A stretch of 64,000 nucleotides of DNA from the human T2T-CHM13v2.0 reference genome, Homo sapiens (GCF_009914755.1 NC_060934.1), one strand, 5' to 3'; counted from the first letter of the stretch, positions 1 to 21,233 are shown. The notes: a model not told the origin generated them from the sequence alone. Numbers and translations: made by a program.

Positions 1-95
1 TTAAGAGACCAGCCTGATCAACATGGTGAAACTCCGTCTCCACTAAAATACAAAAATTACCCAGGTGTGGTCATGGGCGCCTGTAATCTCAGCTA

Positions 96-203
<108 letters not shown>

Positions 204-1174
204 TCAAAAAAAAAAAAAATGTACTGGTATTTAGTACATGGAAGCAAATGTGTCAAAATGGTTGATTCTCAGTTTGTTTACATGCGTGACTGTTATTTTC
301 TTCTTTATATTTTCTAGGTTTTACCAATTTCACATTTTAAAAATTAAGAAAGTCTATATCTTTCTTTCATTATTTTTCATAGCTTTACTATCATGAAGTT
401 TATTACAAAGCTTCCATAGAGCTGGCTCTATGTAAACTGGTAAAGTGGGTTAGTTTATCTTGAACACATTGTATTTATCTTCTGGCCTCCCTACTCCATG
501 TGACCACTGCCAAGTGCAGTCCATTGGAGCTGACACCCCCGATGTCAAGGTCCACTAAATCCTGCCTTCCTGACCCAAGTCCAGTAGGCTGCAAAACTGC
601 CTACCCTGTTGTCTTGTAAACATACAAAAAATTTTCAACTCTACTCATAATCAAATAAATCAAAATATCCAAAGGATTGTAACGACCAGTGTTACTGAGA
701 GTGCGAAGAAATTAACATTCATGCTCTGCTGGCGAGGATGTAAATAGGTATAGACTTTCTTGAAAAAAATTGAGACATATATGTTTGTATGTGTGTGTAT
801 ATATATGTGTGTGTATCTATCTCTCTATATATAGATATATGTGTGTATCTATCTCTCTATATGTAGATCAGCTCCATGTCATCCTTAGTCAATTCTCATA
901 AGGAATGTCTTCACTTTTACAATCAAAGTCAGGCTGTATTAGATAGGCATATGTATAAAACCCAGACTAATAACTATTATTTTCTTTGTTAAACTTCTGA
1001 GAACACCTTCGAATAATAGGAAAAGATGACTTCCTGTTAGGAACTGTAATTAACTATGTGTTTCCTCTTCCTGGGTGCTGTCTTTAACCATCAGTCACCA
1101 TAACCTGCTTATATAACAAATAAAACTGAGATCTAGACTTGTTTTTAAATTTTAAAGTGTTAAATATTCTATTT

Positions 1175-1208
<34 letters not shown>

Positions 1209-1361
1209 CACACATATATATGAAGAGCCTTTAATTTATTTCCTAGCCTTTGATTCAACAATTCCAATTCTAGGAATTTGTCTAAGGAGATAATCAGAGG
1301 TAAGAAAAGAATAGCTGTAAGAAGGTCCAAGAATAAAATATAAATTTTAAACAAAAACCTA

Positions 1362-2259
<898 letters not shown>

Positions 2260-2630
2260 ACCTATATGTCCAATAATAGGATGTTTGTTATAGTTGATTG
2301 TAATGTAACTGTAGGTTAGAATACTTTACTCATTTAAAAAATTATCTTGTCATAAAAGATTTTTAACAACCTGAGAAAATTTAAATATTTCTATGAGAAA
2401 AGGTAAGATATGTGCAATATATTATGTTATACTGCATATAATAATATGTAAGTATTATGTGCAATTTAAATCCATGTCTTATCTCAAAAGGGATTATGTA
2501 ACTATATATGTATATAATAATGATAATTATTATCATTTTAAATTTATTGACCTGGGTGCAGTGGCTCACACCTGTAATCCCAGCACTTTGGGATGCTGAG
2601 GCGGGCAGATCACCTGAGGTCAGGAGTTCA

Positions 2631-2912
<282 letters not shown>

Positions 2913-2963
2913 TCAGGAGATTGAGACCATCCTGGCTAACACAGTGAAACCCCGTCTCTACTA

Positions 2964-3380
<417 letters not shown>

Positions 3381-3435
3381 TACATACAAAAATACACATA
3401 TAAATACATACACATAGGCCAGGTGTGGTGGCTCA

Positions 3436-3745
<310 letters not shown>

Positions 3746-4614
3746 TTATATACATATACAGATATAGCATATATGCACAGATAATTAACATGTATAAGTC
3801 ATACTCCAAAATGTTAAACATGTAGGTTAACATTTTTATTTGTGCTTTCTTTGTATTCCACATTTCCTTATTGAACATATATTAATTTTAGAACTTAAAT
3901 TTTAAAACTTAGAAACTTATCTTTTCCATATTCTGCTAGCAAAATATTTTTGTCTAAGCAAGGAAATACTCCAGTGTGCCATGGAGACTAATCCAATTCC
4001 CACTTGGATGAATATTCTCCAAGATTTCCTAGCCATACAAATGCCCTGTCTCTCCCACAGTGCATTAAAATTATGGCCATCTAGTAAGGCCATTTCAAGC
4101 CCCATCTCTTTCTGAAGTCTATTCAGATATTCTTTCTTTAATTTCTGCTGCACTTATAGACAGTACAGAGCACAATACTTAATTGTTCTCAAATTGTTTC
4201 CTGTGTATTAGCTTTGGCTCCTCAATTGGATACCAGGTTCTTTATACACTAGCATCATGTCTCACCTTTTTGTTTTGTTTTGTTTTGTTCCCCACCCTAT
4301 GTCACTTCTAGTACTGGCCCAACAGGAAATGTTCAATAAATACTTGATCATAGACTGACAGATGTTCTTCAAGTAACATAACTATAGTGTAATAGGAGCT
4401 TTCTGAAAATTATGGCTAATTCATTAAGAGTGAATTGATTCCAGTGATGGAAATTCATATGATGCAAAATGTGCTGCAGAAAAGAGAAGATTTGGCTGGG
4501 CACAGTGGCTTACGCCTGTAATCCCAACACTTTGAGAGGCCGAGGTGGGCAGATCACCTGAGGTCAGGAGTCTGAGACCGGCCTGACCAACATGGTGAAA
4601 CCCCATCTCTACTA

Positions 4615-4773
<159 letters not shown>

Positions 4774-5708
4774 TCAAAAAAAAAAAAAAAAGAAAAGAAA
4801 GAAAAGAAGATTCATTTTAATACTGATTTAATTGATATATATTATTTTAATTCACTCAGTTTAAAACTAGATTTTTCCCACAAAATTCCAGATATTAGCA
4901 ATATCCCTGAAATAAATGAGAGATCCTCCTACATTACTCTAATCAAATGATAATTAATTAAGTCATGAGGCATAGAAACAATTTGAGACACAAAATAAAT
5001 AATGGTAATATTTGGGTTATAACACTTAAAATACAATAACTATTAATTGATAGTGATAAAACTAAGCCAAATAAACAAATAAATGTGGGAGAAGGGATAG
5101 TTTTTCCTTACTGAAGAATTTCCTTACTGTAGAATACTAATAAATGTAAAATTAATGAGAAAAAGAAAGTCACCATTAGGCAAACACCATAGTAGTAACT
5201 GTTACAGGCAAGATCCACTGAAGGATGCTAAACTTAGTGAGTAAAAGTTTGAGAAGAAACAGGACAGTCTCAAAGTACCTTCCCCAAGATATTTGTTAAT
5301 TACAAAAGGAAAAATAATAACCCTACCTTGGAAAAACCTAGCAGAAGACACCTGACAGACATCACCTTAACGAAGTGCTCAAGGTCAATAAAGCACATCC
5401 ATTTCATGCACCCCCACATGAGATACTAAGAAAGGCACAACATCACTTCTGAGGAGTTCTTTCCAAAAATGCATAACCTCAATCTAATCATGAGAAAATA
5501 TCAAAGTCAAATTGAGGGACATTCTACAAAATACTGACAGTAGTCTTCATACTGTCCAGGTCATGAAAGACAAAGAAGGTAGAAGAAAGCATCAGATTGG
5601 AGGTCATTAAGGGTTAAGCGTAATAAGGGATCCTGGCTTGGATCCTAGAACAGAAAAAGGGCATTATTAGGAAAACTGATGAAATTAGATAAGACTTATA
5701 ATTTAGAT

Positions 5709-5938
5709 CAGGGATTGATTGACTCTGGCCTGCTGCTGCCTGTTTTTTAATTAAAGTTTTATTGGAAGACAGCCAAGATCATTCACTTATATTGTCTATG
5801 GCTGTTTTCTCCAATGGCAGAGCTGAGTAGTTAGGACAGAGACTGTAAGGCCTGCAAAGCCTAAAATATTTGCTATGCCAGGATCAGCATTAGGTGAGGC
5901 AAGCAGGACACCTAGGTCTAAGGAAATATCCTCTCTCT

Positions 5939-5979
<41 letters not shown>

Positions 5980-6111
5980 AAATTTCTGTACATGCGCAAC
6001 CCTAAATGTTAGTGCCTCCTTAAATTTTGCATCCTACACACCCTACTTGCCTCATTCTAGTCCTGACTCTGTCTATCTAGTCCTTTACAAAAAAATGTTT
6101 GCTGGACCATG
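5709..6111. mobile_element. MER58A-like hAT MITE with a MER96-like element (~5879-6071) nested inside
   Basis: The MER58A-type phrase GCCTAAAATATTTGCTAT...CTAGTCCTTTACAAAAAAATGTTTGCTG is split by an insert with degenerate terminal inverted repeats (CAGGATCAGCATTAGG / CTAGTCCTGACTCTG) that carries a (CT)n run. Confidence 0.6.
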
Positions 6112-6150
6112 GTAGGGTTAACTATAGCAATGTTAATTTTCTGATTTTTT

Positions 6151-6690
6151 GGTGGTTTGTGCTTGCGATCGGTGGCTGCGTCACTCTGGTAAAGGTGTGC
6201 AGTTTTGGGCCATGATCTCTGGGCTGGGATGATCCAGGCTCTCGGTAGAGGCAAGGGAGCCCAGCTATAGCCATGGCCAGTACAATGGTAGCAGTTGGAC
6301 TGACCATTGCTGCTGCAGGATTTGCAGGCCATTATGTTTTGCAAGCCATGGAGCACATGGAGCCTCAAGTAAAGCAAGTTTTTCAAAGTCTATCAAAATC
6401 TGCCTTCAGTGGTGGCTATTACTGAGGTGAGTTTGAACCCAAAATGACAAAACAAGAAGCAGCATTAATGCTAGGGGTAAGCCCTACTGCCAAAAAAGGG
6501 AAAATAAGAGATGCTCATTGATAAATTATACTCTTAAATCATAGCAGCCAAAATCAGTGAAGCTAGAAATTTACTAGAAGGTCAAGCTAAAAAATGAAGT
6601 AAATGTATGATGAATTTTAAGTTCATTTTAGTTTATGTATATGAGTACCAAGCTTTTATAATAAAATGCCTCAGAGCTATAATTTTTTTT
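6151..6690 (+). pseudogene. Processed pseudogene of DNAJC19 (TIM14), inside DNAJC12 intron 1 and antisense to the host
   Basis: ATG 6273 gives [50 protein letters not shown] (TGA 6423-6425), then [37 protein letters not shown] and, frameshifted, AAKISEARNLLEGQAKK* (6595-6597). Intronless; AATAAA 6660-6665; TSD-like TTTCTGATTTT at 6138-6148 and 6693-6703. Confidence 0.93.
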
Positions 6691-8093
6691 AATTTCTGAT
6701 TTTGATCATTATACTTTCATTAGGTATGATGTTAACATAAAGGGAAGCTGGGTTAAGGGTATATAGGAACTCTGTTGTACTATTTTTACAACTTTTCTGT
6801 AAGTCAAAAATTATTGCAAAATAAAACATCTTAAAAATAATGCAAACTCAAGGATAGGATAAGTGTACTAAGTTCCAAGTGCACAGTAACACTGTGGGGG
6901 CCAAAACAACAGCCACAACCACAACCACCACAACTTAGCGCTCTGCACCAGGCACTGTTCAAAGTACTTTATATATCACGTATTATTTAATCCCCACAAC
7001 TCTGTGAGGTGGGTACTATTTACTTCCATTTACAGGTTAGAAAACTGAGGAATAGAGGCCGGGCGCGGTGGCTCATGCCTGTAATCCCAACACTTTGGGA
7101 GGCCAAGGCGGCGGATCACTTGAGGTCAGGAGTTCAAGGCCAGCCTGGACAACATGGTGAAAGCTCATCTGTACAAAAATACAAAAATTAGCTGGGCATA
7201 GTGGCATGCACGTATAATCCCTGCTACTCAGGAGGCTGAAGCAGGAGAATCACTTGAACCCAGGAGGCTGCAGTGAGCTGAGATCCTGCCACTGCACTCC
7301 AGCCTGGGCAACACAGTGAGACTTCATCTCAAAGAAACAAAAATTTAAAAAAAAAATCCAATATAGGGAGAAAGGCTAACTGTCTTGGAATCAATCTTTG
7401 TTAAATTGTTTTGAAATGGGGAATATATTGTTTTCTATATAACATGGAAATCCTCCCATAATTTATATATGTCATTATGTAAACTAGAAAATTAGTCTCA
7501 TTGCTTGTTTTCATGGTTGTATTTTCAATTTCTGAAAGATAATTTTAAAAACTCTCTGAGAAGGAAAAGCTTCAGGATTACTGCTCTAGAACCATTAGAA
7601 AATACATAATTTTACTTTAATCAATTTCTAGCACAAACTTTAAATTGTAAGAACTATATACCAAAGCAAAAGTATTATGTGGGTGTCTCAATTCAATTGT
7701 GATAAGTAAAATTAGAATATCAAATTGTTTTGAAATTATAACAGCTAAAATGCTTTCGGGCATGATGAGTTCTGGTTAATTTTAGAGCATCAAATGAAGG
7801 AATACCTGAAGTAAAGGCAATCTATCCAATACAAATCAAGTAAAGGAAATGTCATATTAGTCAAAAATGTCATAAAAATATTTTTGAAATGAGAAGCATA
7901 CCTATAAAAAGAAGAGAAAAGCCAGGTGCGGTGGCTCACGTCTGTAATCCCAGTATTTTAGGAGGCCGAGGTAGGCAGATCACGAGGTCAAGAGATGAAG
8001 ACCATCCTGGCCAACACGGTGAAACCCCGTCTCTACTAAAAATACAAAAATTAGCTAGGCATGGTGGCATGTGCCTGTAGTCCCAGCTACTCA

Positions 8094-8300
<207 letters not shown>

Positions 8301-8522
8301 TCATTAAAAATAAATAATTGTTATCTAGATATGATATGCCATTGACAGACCAGTAAAATACATCCAGTAAAAGGAATGTTGAGACAAGGAAGTATGACTC
8401 CACCTGGTAACCATATTTTGAATATTACACATTAACAACGAGATTATTTTCTGTAAGGCTGTCCAAAATGAATCCTCCTTCTATGTAGATTGAAAAGACA
8501 ACAGCATAACTTCAAAAGACTG

Positions 8523-8897
8523 ACTATGCAGCCATAAAAAAGAATGAGTTCATGTCCTTTGCAGGGACATGGATGAAGCTGGAAACCATCATTCTCAGCA
8601 AACTAACACAGGAACAGAAAACCAAACACCACATGTTCTCACTCATAAGTGGGAGATGAACAATGAGAGCACATGGACACAGGCAGGGGAACATCACACA
8701 CCGGGGCCTGTCGGGGGGTGGGGGAGAAGGGGAGGGACAGCATTAGGACAAATACCTAATGTATGCGGGGCTTAAAACCTAGATGATGGGTTGATAGGTG
8801 CAGCAAACCACCCTGGCACATGTGTATCTATGTAACAAACCTGCACATTCTGCACAGGGATCCCAGAACTTAAAGTAAAATTGAAAAAAAAAAAAAA
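8523..8897 (+). mobile_element. L1PA 3'-end fragment, 5'-truncated
   Basis: Typical L1PA ORF2 end and 3'UTR (GGATGAAGCTGGAAACCATCATTCTCAGCAAACTAAC...GAACTTAAAGTA), poly(A), TSD AAA(A/G)GACTGACTA at ~8514-8526 and ~8895-8907. Confidence 0.9.
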
Positions 8898-10449
8898 GGA
8901 CTGACTAAATAGGTCACAAGATTATGGAGATATAATGACCCTTACTGTATAAGCTAGCATGTATTTTTTTAAATCCAAATTGTCAGCCTTATCAAGTTAA
9001 ATTATATTCCTTTGATTTTAAATTATTCCTTCAAAAATTGTTTGATAATAGTATAATTTCAACTGTGAATAACACATGGTAAAAATGGTAATAAGCTTTC
9101 TCAATTGCTATAAGCAAATCACCACCAACATAAACAAGAGTAACACATTCTTGAGAAGAAATATGCAACTAAAAGACCATTATAAGCTATTCTGGGGGCG
9201 GGGCAGTTTTTTTAATTTCAACGTGTCTAAGATAACTTCCTCAGCATGGCAAAAATAGAGATTTTAATCCTTTGTGTCCAGTAATGCATTCTATTCTTAA
9301 AACAAAACTAAGCACATTTTATTAATGAACTACTGCCTTTATGAAACAACAATAAATATAAAAACATTTTGCTTTACAATGTTAATTTTACTACTTAGAT
9401 TTTAATAAAAATAAATAAAATAAAATACATTAATTATAAAACATAAATATATCCTAATAACATGATTTAATAATATATAATTTAATAATGAATATATTTT
9501 ATATTAATCTCAACATTATTTGAAATATTGAAAAATTGGAAATAAAATATTTAACAATAAGAGAATAATTCAACTGTGGTAACACAGCAAAATAAAATAT
9601 TTTGCAACCACTAAAAAGTGTACAAGGAAAGTTTAATAGCATGGAAAATTCCTTGTTATAATACGAATGGGTAAAAAGCAGGAATCAACAAGTACATATA
9701 ATATCCTCCCAAACAGGTCTTTAAAGAATATACATAGAAAGAATAGTGGAGATTAATATGCCAAAATATTAATACTGTTATCCTTGGGAGAGAGAATTAT
9801 AAATGATTTTTCCATAATTTAAAAAACCTCTACAACCTTTATAATTGTTTATTGAGAACTTTAAAAATTTTGTTTTCTTACAGATCCAGTGAACAGCTAC
9901 AGAGTTTTCACATGTTTTGTTTCAGAAGCCACCCTTTCAAGAAGTAATTTCTGTCACACAATTTGAAATATTAACATAAAGGGATGCTTCTTTGTTTCTA
10001 TTTTGACTGCTCACATAGGAGTACACATTTTAATAAAATATATTAAAATCCCTAATTTTATAAGAAATTTCATTTCACCTCAATTATGAGTCACCATAAT
10101 AAAGGTATAGCTTATATATACTGTGAAACACTGCCATCAGAAATTACAATAAAATTTCAAATATTTATTTTTAATATACTATATTGTGAAACAGCATATG
10201 GCCATGTGCCAGAATACACATATTTAATCAGAAGCTTCCGTAAAATTCCCATAGGACACTATTCAAGTAAAATCCCAACATACATTTAAATTCTTAACTT
10301 TCTCTGAGCCAAAAGTGCTTTAAAACAACACAAGGTTAGGTTTGTAGGCAATGTGACTAAAAATTCAAAGTTAAAACCTTAAATAAAAACTTGAAATACT
10401 ATTGTGAAAAAGAATACTGTTGTGATAAAAATATTATCCACTGTCTTAC

Positions 10450-10527
10450 CGAAGATAGTTCATCACATCCCAGTAATGTGTAGTAATCTTCAGTATCTTC
10501 TGACCTGTAATTCAGTATTGCATCCAT
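10450..10527 (-). CDS. DNAJC12: DNAJC12 coding exon 1 (J-domain co-chaperone); gene continues beyond the left edge of the window
   Basis: Minus strand translates to MDAILNYRSEDTEDYYTLLGCDELSS, the DNAJC12 N-terminus as I recall it. In-frame TAA directly before the ATG; canonical donor TCG|GTAAGA at 10449. Too short for the ORF track. Confidence 0.95.
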
Positions 10528-10800
10528 TTAGATGACTTAATCAATCCTTCTTCCCTCGGAAACAAGAGGCACAGTGAGCTTCGAATTAACAGGAAGAAAC
10601 TCTTTAAATCTGAATTAGAGCAGCATGTTCCACATAGCAAAAACTAGCTTTAAGACTGGCCACAGTCAATACACCAGATGTCATCCTAGACCTTTGTAAA
10701 CTCTGCCTCTCATTGGCTGTTTACAGAGAAGAAAAGAACAGTCCACGTGTCTATTATTGCAGTGCTGCCTGGGATCTGTAGTTTGAGTTTATATAAGAGA
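10528..10800 (-). promoter_or_regulatory. DNAJC12: DNAJC12 5'UTR and proximal promoter (non-CpG-island)
   Basis: Unique sequence upstream of the ATG with CCAAT on the minus strand (ATTGG 10712-10716), forkhead-type TGTTTAC 10718-10724, E-box CACGTG 10744-10749 and TATATAAA on the minus strand (~10788-10795). The exact TSS is not determinable from sequence. Confidence 0.6.
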
Positions 10801-10972
10801 TGCATGTGAACCATTTGTCTTATGAGTTAATAAAGACTGTCTATTTTCAGAAACTTGCCACATTAGCCACTTCTCCATCTCCTATATATTTTTGTCTCTA
10901 TCCTTTAAAAAAAAAAAAGAAAAAAAATGTGAAGCAATGTGGTAAAATCTTAGGATGTGTTAATAAGGATAA

Positions 10973-11250
<278 letters not shown>

Positions 11251-12183
11251 TGAGCTCAAAGCGATCTGCCTGCTTCGGCCTCCCAACGTGCTGGGATTAC
11301 AGGCATGATCCACAGCGCCCAGCCAATAACACAGTCTTGATTTTTATGGAGCTTACGCTCTGATGGAGGAAGACAGCTGAAAAACATGCAAAAAAAAAAA
11401 AAAAAAAAAAAACACGATCATTTAAAATAGTGATTTGTAAGCCAGGCATGGTGGCCCACACCTGTAGTCCAGCTACTTGGGAGGCTGAGGCAGAAGAATC
11501 ACTTGGACCCAGGAGGCAGAGGCTGTAGTGAGCCGAGATGGTGCCACTGCACTCCAGACTGCGCTACAGAGCAAGACTCCATCTCAAAAAATAAAAAAAT
11601 AAAATAGTGATTTGTGCTTTAGAGAAAATAAAATAGGACAATGAGAAGAACTGTATGATAACTCGGGTCAGATGGCTGTGCTATTTCTCCTGGGTTGGTT
11701 CTCCAGACTCAGGAGTGTCTCTAGTCTGAGGTAGGTCCAGGCAATTTATGTTTCAGTTCATTTTGGCCCTAAGAAACACAGTTCAGGTCTGGGATTTAGA
11801 GAACAAGGTGAGTGGTCAGGGACACAACACTTTGACTGCCTTAACACTTTTTTTGTTTCATTTTTCAGAGAGACAGGGTCTCGCCATATTGCCCAGATTG
11901 GTCTTAAACCCCTGGACTCAAGTGATCCTCCCACTTTGGCCTCCCAAAGTGCTGCGATTACAGATGTGAGCCAACATGCCTGGCCCTTAACACTTTAAAT
12001 TCCCCCACCTGAGGGGAAAAAATAGTTTTTCTTTTAGCCCACCTATATACATCTTTTTAAAGGTTTATTTCTGAAGAGAAGCAAGAAAAAGCACTGAAAC
12101 ACCATTTTTTACTAATCCTTCATTGTACATGCTGTCTTGCTAAAAGTTCTATATAGAATTTTAAGGCCAGGCACGGTGGCTCA

Positions 12184-12483
<300 letters not shown>

Positions 12484-12856
12484 TCACTGATAAATGGCCT
12501 TTTAATGATGTGAAGTTGCCATGGTGGAAAGCAGTATGGTGGTTCCTCAAAAAATTAAACATAGAACTACCATGTGACCCCACAATTCCACTTCTGGGTA
12601 AATACACAAAAGAATTGAAAGCAGGAACTTGAAAAGATATTTATATACTCATGTTCATCAAGGCATTAGTCATAATAGCCAAAAAGTGGAGGCAATGCAA
12701 GTGTCCATCAACGGATGACTAAACAAATGGAATGTTAGGGCTGGGCATGGTGGCTCACACCTGTAATCCCAGAACTTTGGGAGGCCGAGGCAGGCAGATC
12801 ACTTGAGGCCAGGAGTTCGAAACCAGCCTGGCCAACATGGCAAAACTTCATCTCTA

Positions 12857-13066
<210 letters not shown>

Positions 13067-13478
13067 TTATGCCTGTAATCCCAGCACTTTGAGAGACCAA
13101 GGCAGGAGGATTGTTTGAGCCCAGGAGTTCAAAACCAGCCTGCGCAACATAGTGAGACTCTGTCCTTATTTTTATATTAATAATATAATTTTTTTTTTGA
13201 GACAGAGTTTCACTCTTGTTGCCCAGGCTGGAGTGCAATGGTGTGATCTTGGCTCACCGCAACCTCCACCTGGGTTCAAGTGATTCTCCTGCCTCAGCCT
13301 CCTGAGTAGCTGGGATTACAGGCATGTGCCACCATGCCCGACTAATTTTGAATTTTTAGTAGAGATGGGGTTTCTCCATGTTGGTCAGGCTGGTTTCAAA
13401 TTCCAGACTTCAGGTGATCCACCCGCCGTGGCCTCCCAAAGTGCTGGGATTAGAGGGGTGAGCCACTGTACCCGGCTT

Positions 13479-17481
<4,003 letters not shown>

Positions 17482-18114
17482 ATGTGATTTTTAGGAACTT
17501 TTTAACCCAGGAATTCATAGAAGCACTCACAAAATAAATGAAAAGCAGGAGAAAGGAGCAAAACACATAAGCTATCATACAGAGATGGAAATGTCCATTG
17601 CGTGTTCAGTTAAAGGTAAGGAAAATGACCTTATGGCAAGGTATGTTGGAGAGAATGCCTTTAATACTGGGATTGAACAGAAGACCTGGGCCAGAATGTA
17701 GAAAGCCTTGATGATCAGGTGGAAGACACTGAGTGAGTATGGATGCAATAGGAACTGTTGTAGGTTCTTGAGCATGTGAATAACATGTTAAACTTAGAGC
17801 TTTTAAGATTAGTCTGGTCAGCCAGGCGCGGTGGCTCATGCCTGTAATCCTAGCACTTTGGGAAGCCGAGGGAGGTGGATCACGAGGTCAGGGATTCAAG
17901 ACCAACCTGACCAACATGGTGAAACCCCGTCTCCACTAAAAATACAAAAATTAGCCAGGCATGGTGGCTCACATCTGTCATCACAGCTACTCGAGGGATC
18001 ACTTGAACCTGGGAGGCAGAAGTTGCAGTGAGCTGAGATCGCACCACTGCACTCCAGCCTGGTCAACAGAGTGAGGCTCCATCTGAAAAAAAAATTAATA
18101 ATAATATAAATGTA

Positions 18115-18401
18115 TTTCATACATTTATGGAGGCTTGGAAGTTCAAGATAAAGGTGCCAGCAGATTCAGTGTCTGGTAAGGCTTACTCTTTGCTTCATAA
18201 ATGACACCTTGTTGCTGTGTCCTGACGTGACAAAAAGGGCAAGGCAGCTCCCTTCAACCTTTTATAAGGGCACTAATCCCATTCATGAATACAGAGCCCT
18301 CATGATTTAATCACTTCCCAAAAGGCCCAACTTCTTAATTCCATCACAATGAGTATTCAATTCCAACATAAATTTTGGAGGGACACACTCAAACCACAGC
18401 A
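18115..18401 (-). mobile_element. MaLR LTR fragment (MSTD/MLT1A-like)
   Basis: GGAAGTTCAAGATAAAGGTGCCAGCAGATTCAGTGTCTGG...TTTTGGAGGGACACACTCAAACCACAGCA. Confidence 0.7.
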
Positions 18402-18506
18402 ATACACTTCTGAATCTTAGTGCTCTTTTTCCCTTTTCACTTGATTGTCTCATTCTTTTCAACATCTGCACAGCATTCCACCCTGGTCATACAATACTTT
18501 ATTTAA

Positions 18507-18704
<198 letters not shown>

Positions 18705-19724
18705 TAGCCAGTATGGTCTCGATCTCCTGACGTCGTGATCTGCCCGCCTCGGCCTCCCAAAGTGCTGGGATTACAGGTGTGAGCCACCATGCCCGGCCTA
18801 ACCAGTGTCTTTTTTAAGTTGCGTATGGATTAGAAAATTTTCATTACTTATTTTAATAAATATTGGCATAGGATATTGTTCAGAAAAAGCAATAATACAA
18901 GATGAGCAGATGTTTTGAGGGAAGTTGGAGTGCCACTTTGTTATTCCTGCTCTGTTCCCCAAAACTAACCTTCAAACCTGTTGCAGCATCTCATGGTAGG
19001 ATATAATTTTAATATTCTTTGGGATTTTCTCCCCATCTATAGAGGTAACAAAAATCATGACAAGACCACTAGCTAATCTTTTGGAGAAGTGATAAATAAT
19101 AAAGCTAGAGCCACTCCTCCTTATACCAAAATAAATTACAGAAAAATCAAATAACACAGAAGCCATGGAAAAAAATCTCATGAGCATAACTATATAAAAA
19201 TTAAGTGGCCTGGCACGGTGGCCCATGCCTGTAATCCCAGCACTTTGGGAGGTCAAGGCAGGTGGATCGCTTGAGCCCCAGAATTTGAGACCAGCCTAGG
19301 CAACATGGCAAGACTCAGTCTCTACAAAAAAAAAAAAAAAAAGCACTTGTATCCCAGCTAGCTACTAGGGAGGCTGAGGCAGGAGGATCGCTTGAGTCTG
19401 GGGAACTCCAAGCTGCAGTGAGCTGAGATCACGCCACTGCATTCCAGTCTGGGCGACAGAGCAAGACCCTGTCTCAAAAAAAAAAGTAAGCACATTTATG
19501 TGACCAAAAAAATACAAAAGCAAAATCAGAAGGCAAATAATATACAAAGAAAAAAATTTCATAATTCTCATAACAGACAAAAGGCTAACTTCCTTAATAT
19601 ACAAGTGCAGACAAATCAATTTTAAAAAGCTTAACAACACAACAGAAAATTAAGCCAAAAATGCCGGGCTTGGTGGCTCACGCCTGTAATCCCAGCACTT
19701 TAGGAGGCCGAGGCAGGCGGATCA

Positions 19725-19994
<270 letters not shown>

Positions 19995-21035
19995 CTACTT
20001 TCAGAAATACAAACGACCAATAAACATACAAATAGTAGTGCAACATCACTAATAATTATGAAACTGCAAATCAATCCAAAGAGGATAAAGTTGTTCACCT
20101 CTCAGATTAGCAAAGGTTTGATAATACCCATGCCAGAAAACAGAAATGACGAAGAAAGCATTTCCATACATTGTTGGATGAGAGTGTAATTTGGTACAAT
20201 TTGGCAATTTGGTGTATTTATCACCTTTTATAAAGCATATCTATACTTGACAGGGCAATTTTGTCTCTACAAATTCAGCTTGTGGATATACACCAAAATA
20301 TGTTCAAGAGGACCACTGCAGCGTCGTTTGCAACAGGAAAAAATATATATACAACAAAATGTTCATCGGTGGAGTTGAGGAGGGCAGGAGATGAATAAAT
20401 TATGCTATTTGTAGGATGAACTATTGTATTGCCAGTGAAAAGAGAATAAAGATAGCTTTTTATGTGCAAGTATGGAAAGATGTCTAACGAGTGCTATCAA
20501 ATGAAAAAACAGGTTTGAGAAGAGTATTACAGTATTATCTCTATTGTGTACTTTTTAATAGTATGTACATTTGCACTTGTAATTTTTTCTAAAGATAACT
20601 GCCTTTAAAAAGCAAGCAACAGGCTGGGAGCGGTGGCTCACGCCTATAATCCCAGCACTTTGGAAGGCCGAGGTGGGCAGATCATGAGGTCAGGAGTTCA
20701 AGACCAGCCTGGCCAACAGGGTGAAATCCCCGTCTCTACTTAAAAAAAAAAAAAAAAAAGCAAAAATTAGCGTGGCATGGTGGTGCGTTCCTGTAATCCC
20801 AGCTACTCGGGAGACTGAGGCAGGTGAATTTTTTTAACCGGGACCCAGGAGGTGGAGGTGCAGTGAGCCAAGATCGTACCACTGAACTCCAGCCTGGATT
20901 ACAGACCGAGACTCCGTCTCAAAAAAAAAAAAAAGCAAGCAGCAGGCCGGGCGAAGTGGCTCATGCCTATAATCCCAGAACTCTGGGAGGCTGAGGCGGG
21001 TGGATCACCTGATTGAGGTCAGGAGTTCGAGACTA

Positions 21036-21233
<198 letters not shown>

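Larger units (their letters stand above)
5080..6840 (+). mobile_element. Old L1M 3'-end fragment hosting the MITEs and the DNAJC19 retrocopy
   Basis: L1M 3'UTR-type phrases (ATCCTGGCTTGGATCCTAGAACAGAAAAAGG; GGGAAGCTGGGTTAAGGGTATATAGGAACTCT) on both sides of the inserts. Confidence 0.6.

Noticed and set aside
420-620. Short GC-richer stretch that looked faintly like a 7SK or other small-RNA relic
   Set aside because: I could not align it convincingly to any RNA consensus I know.
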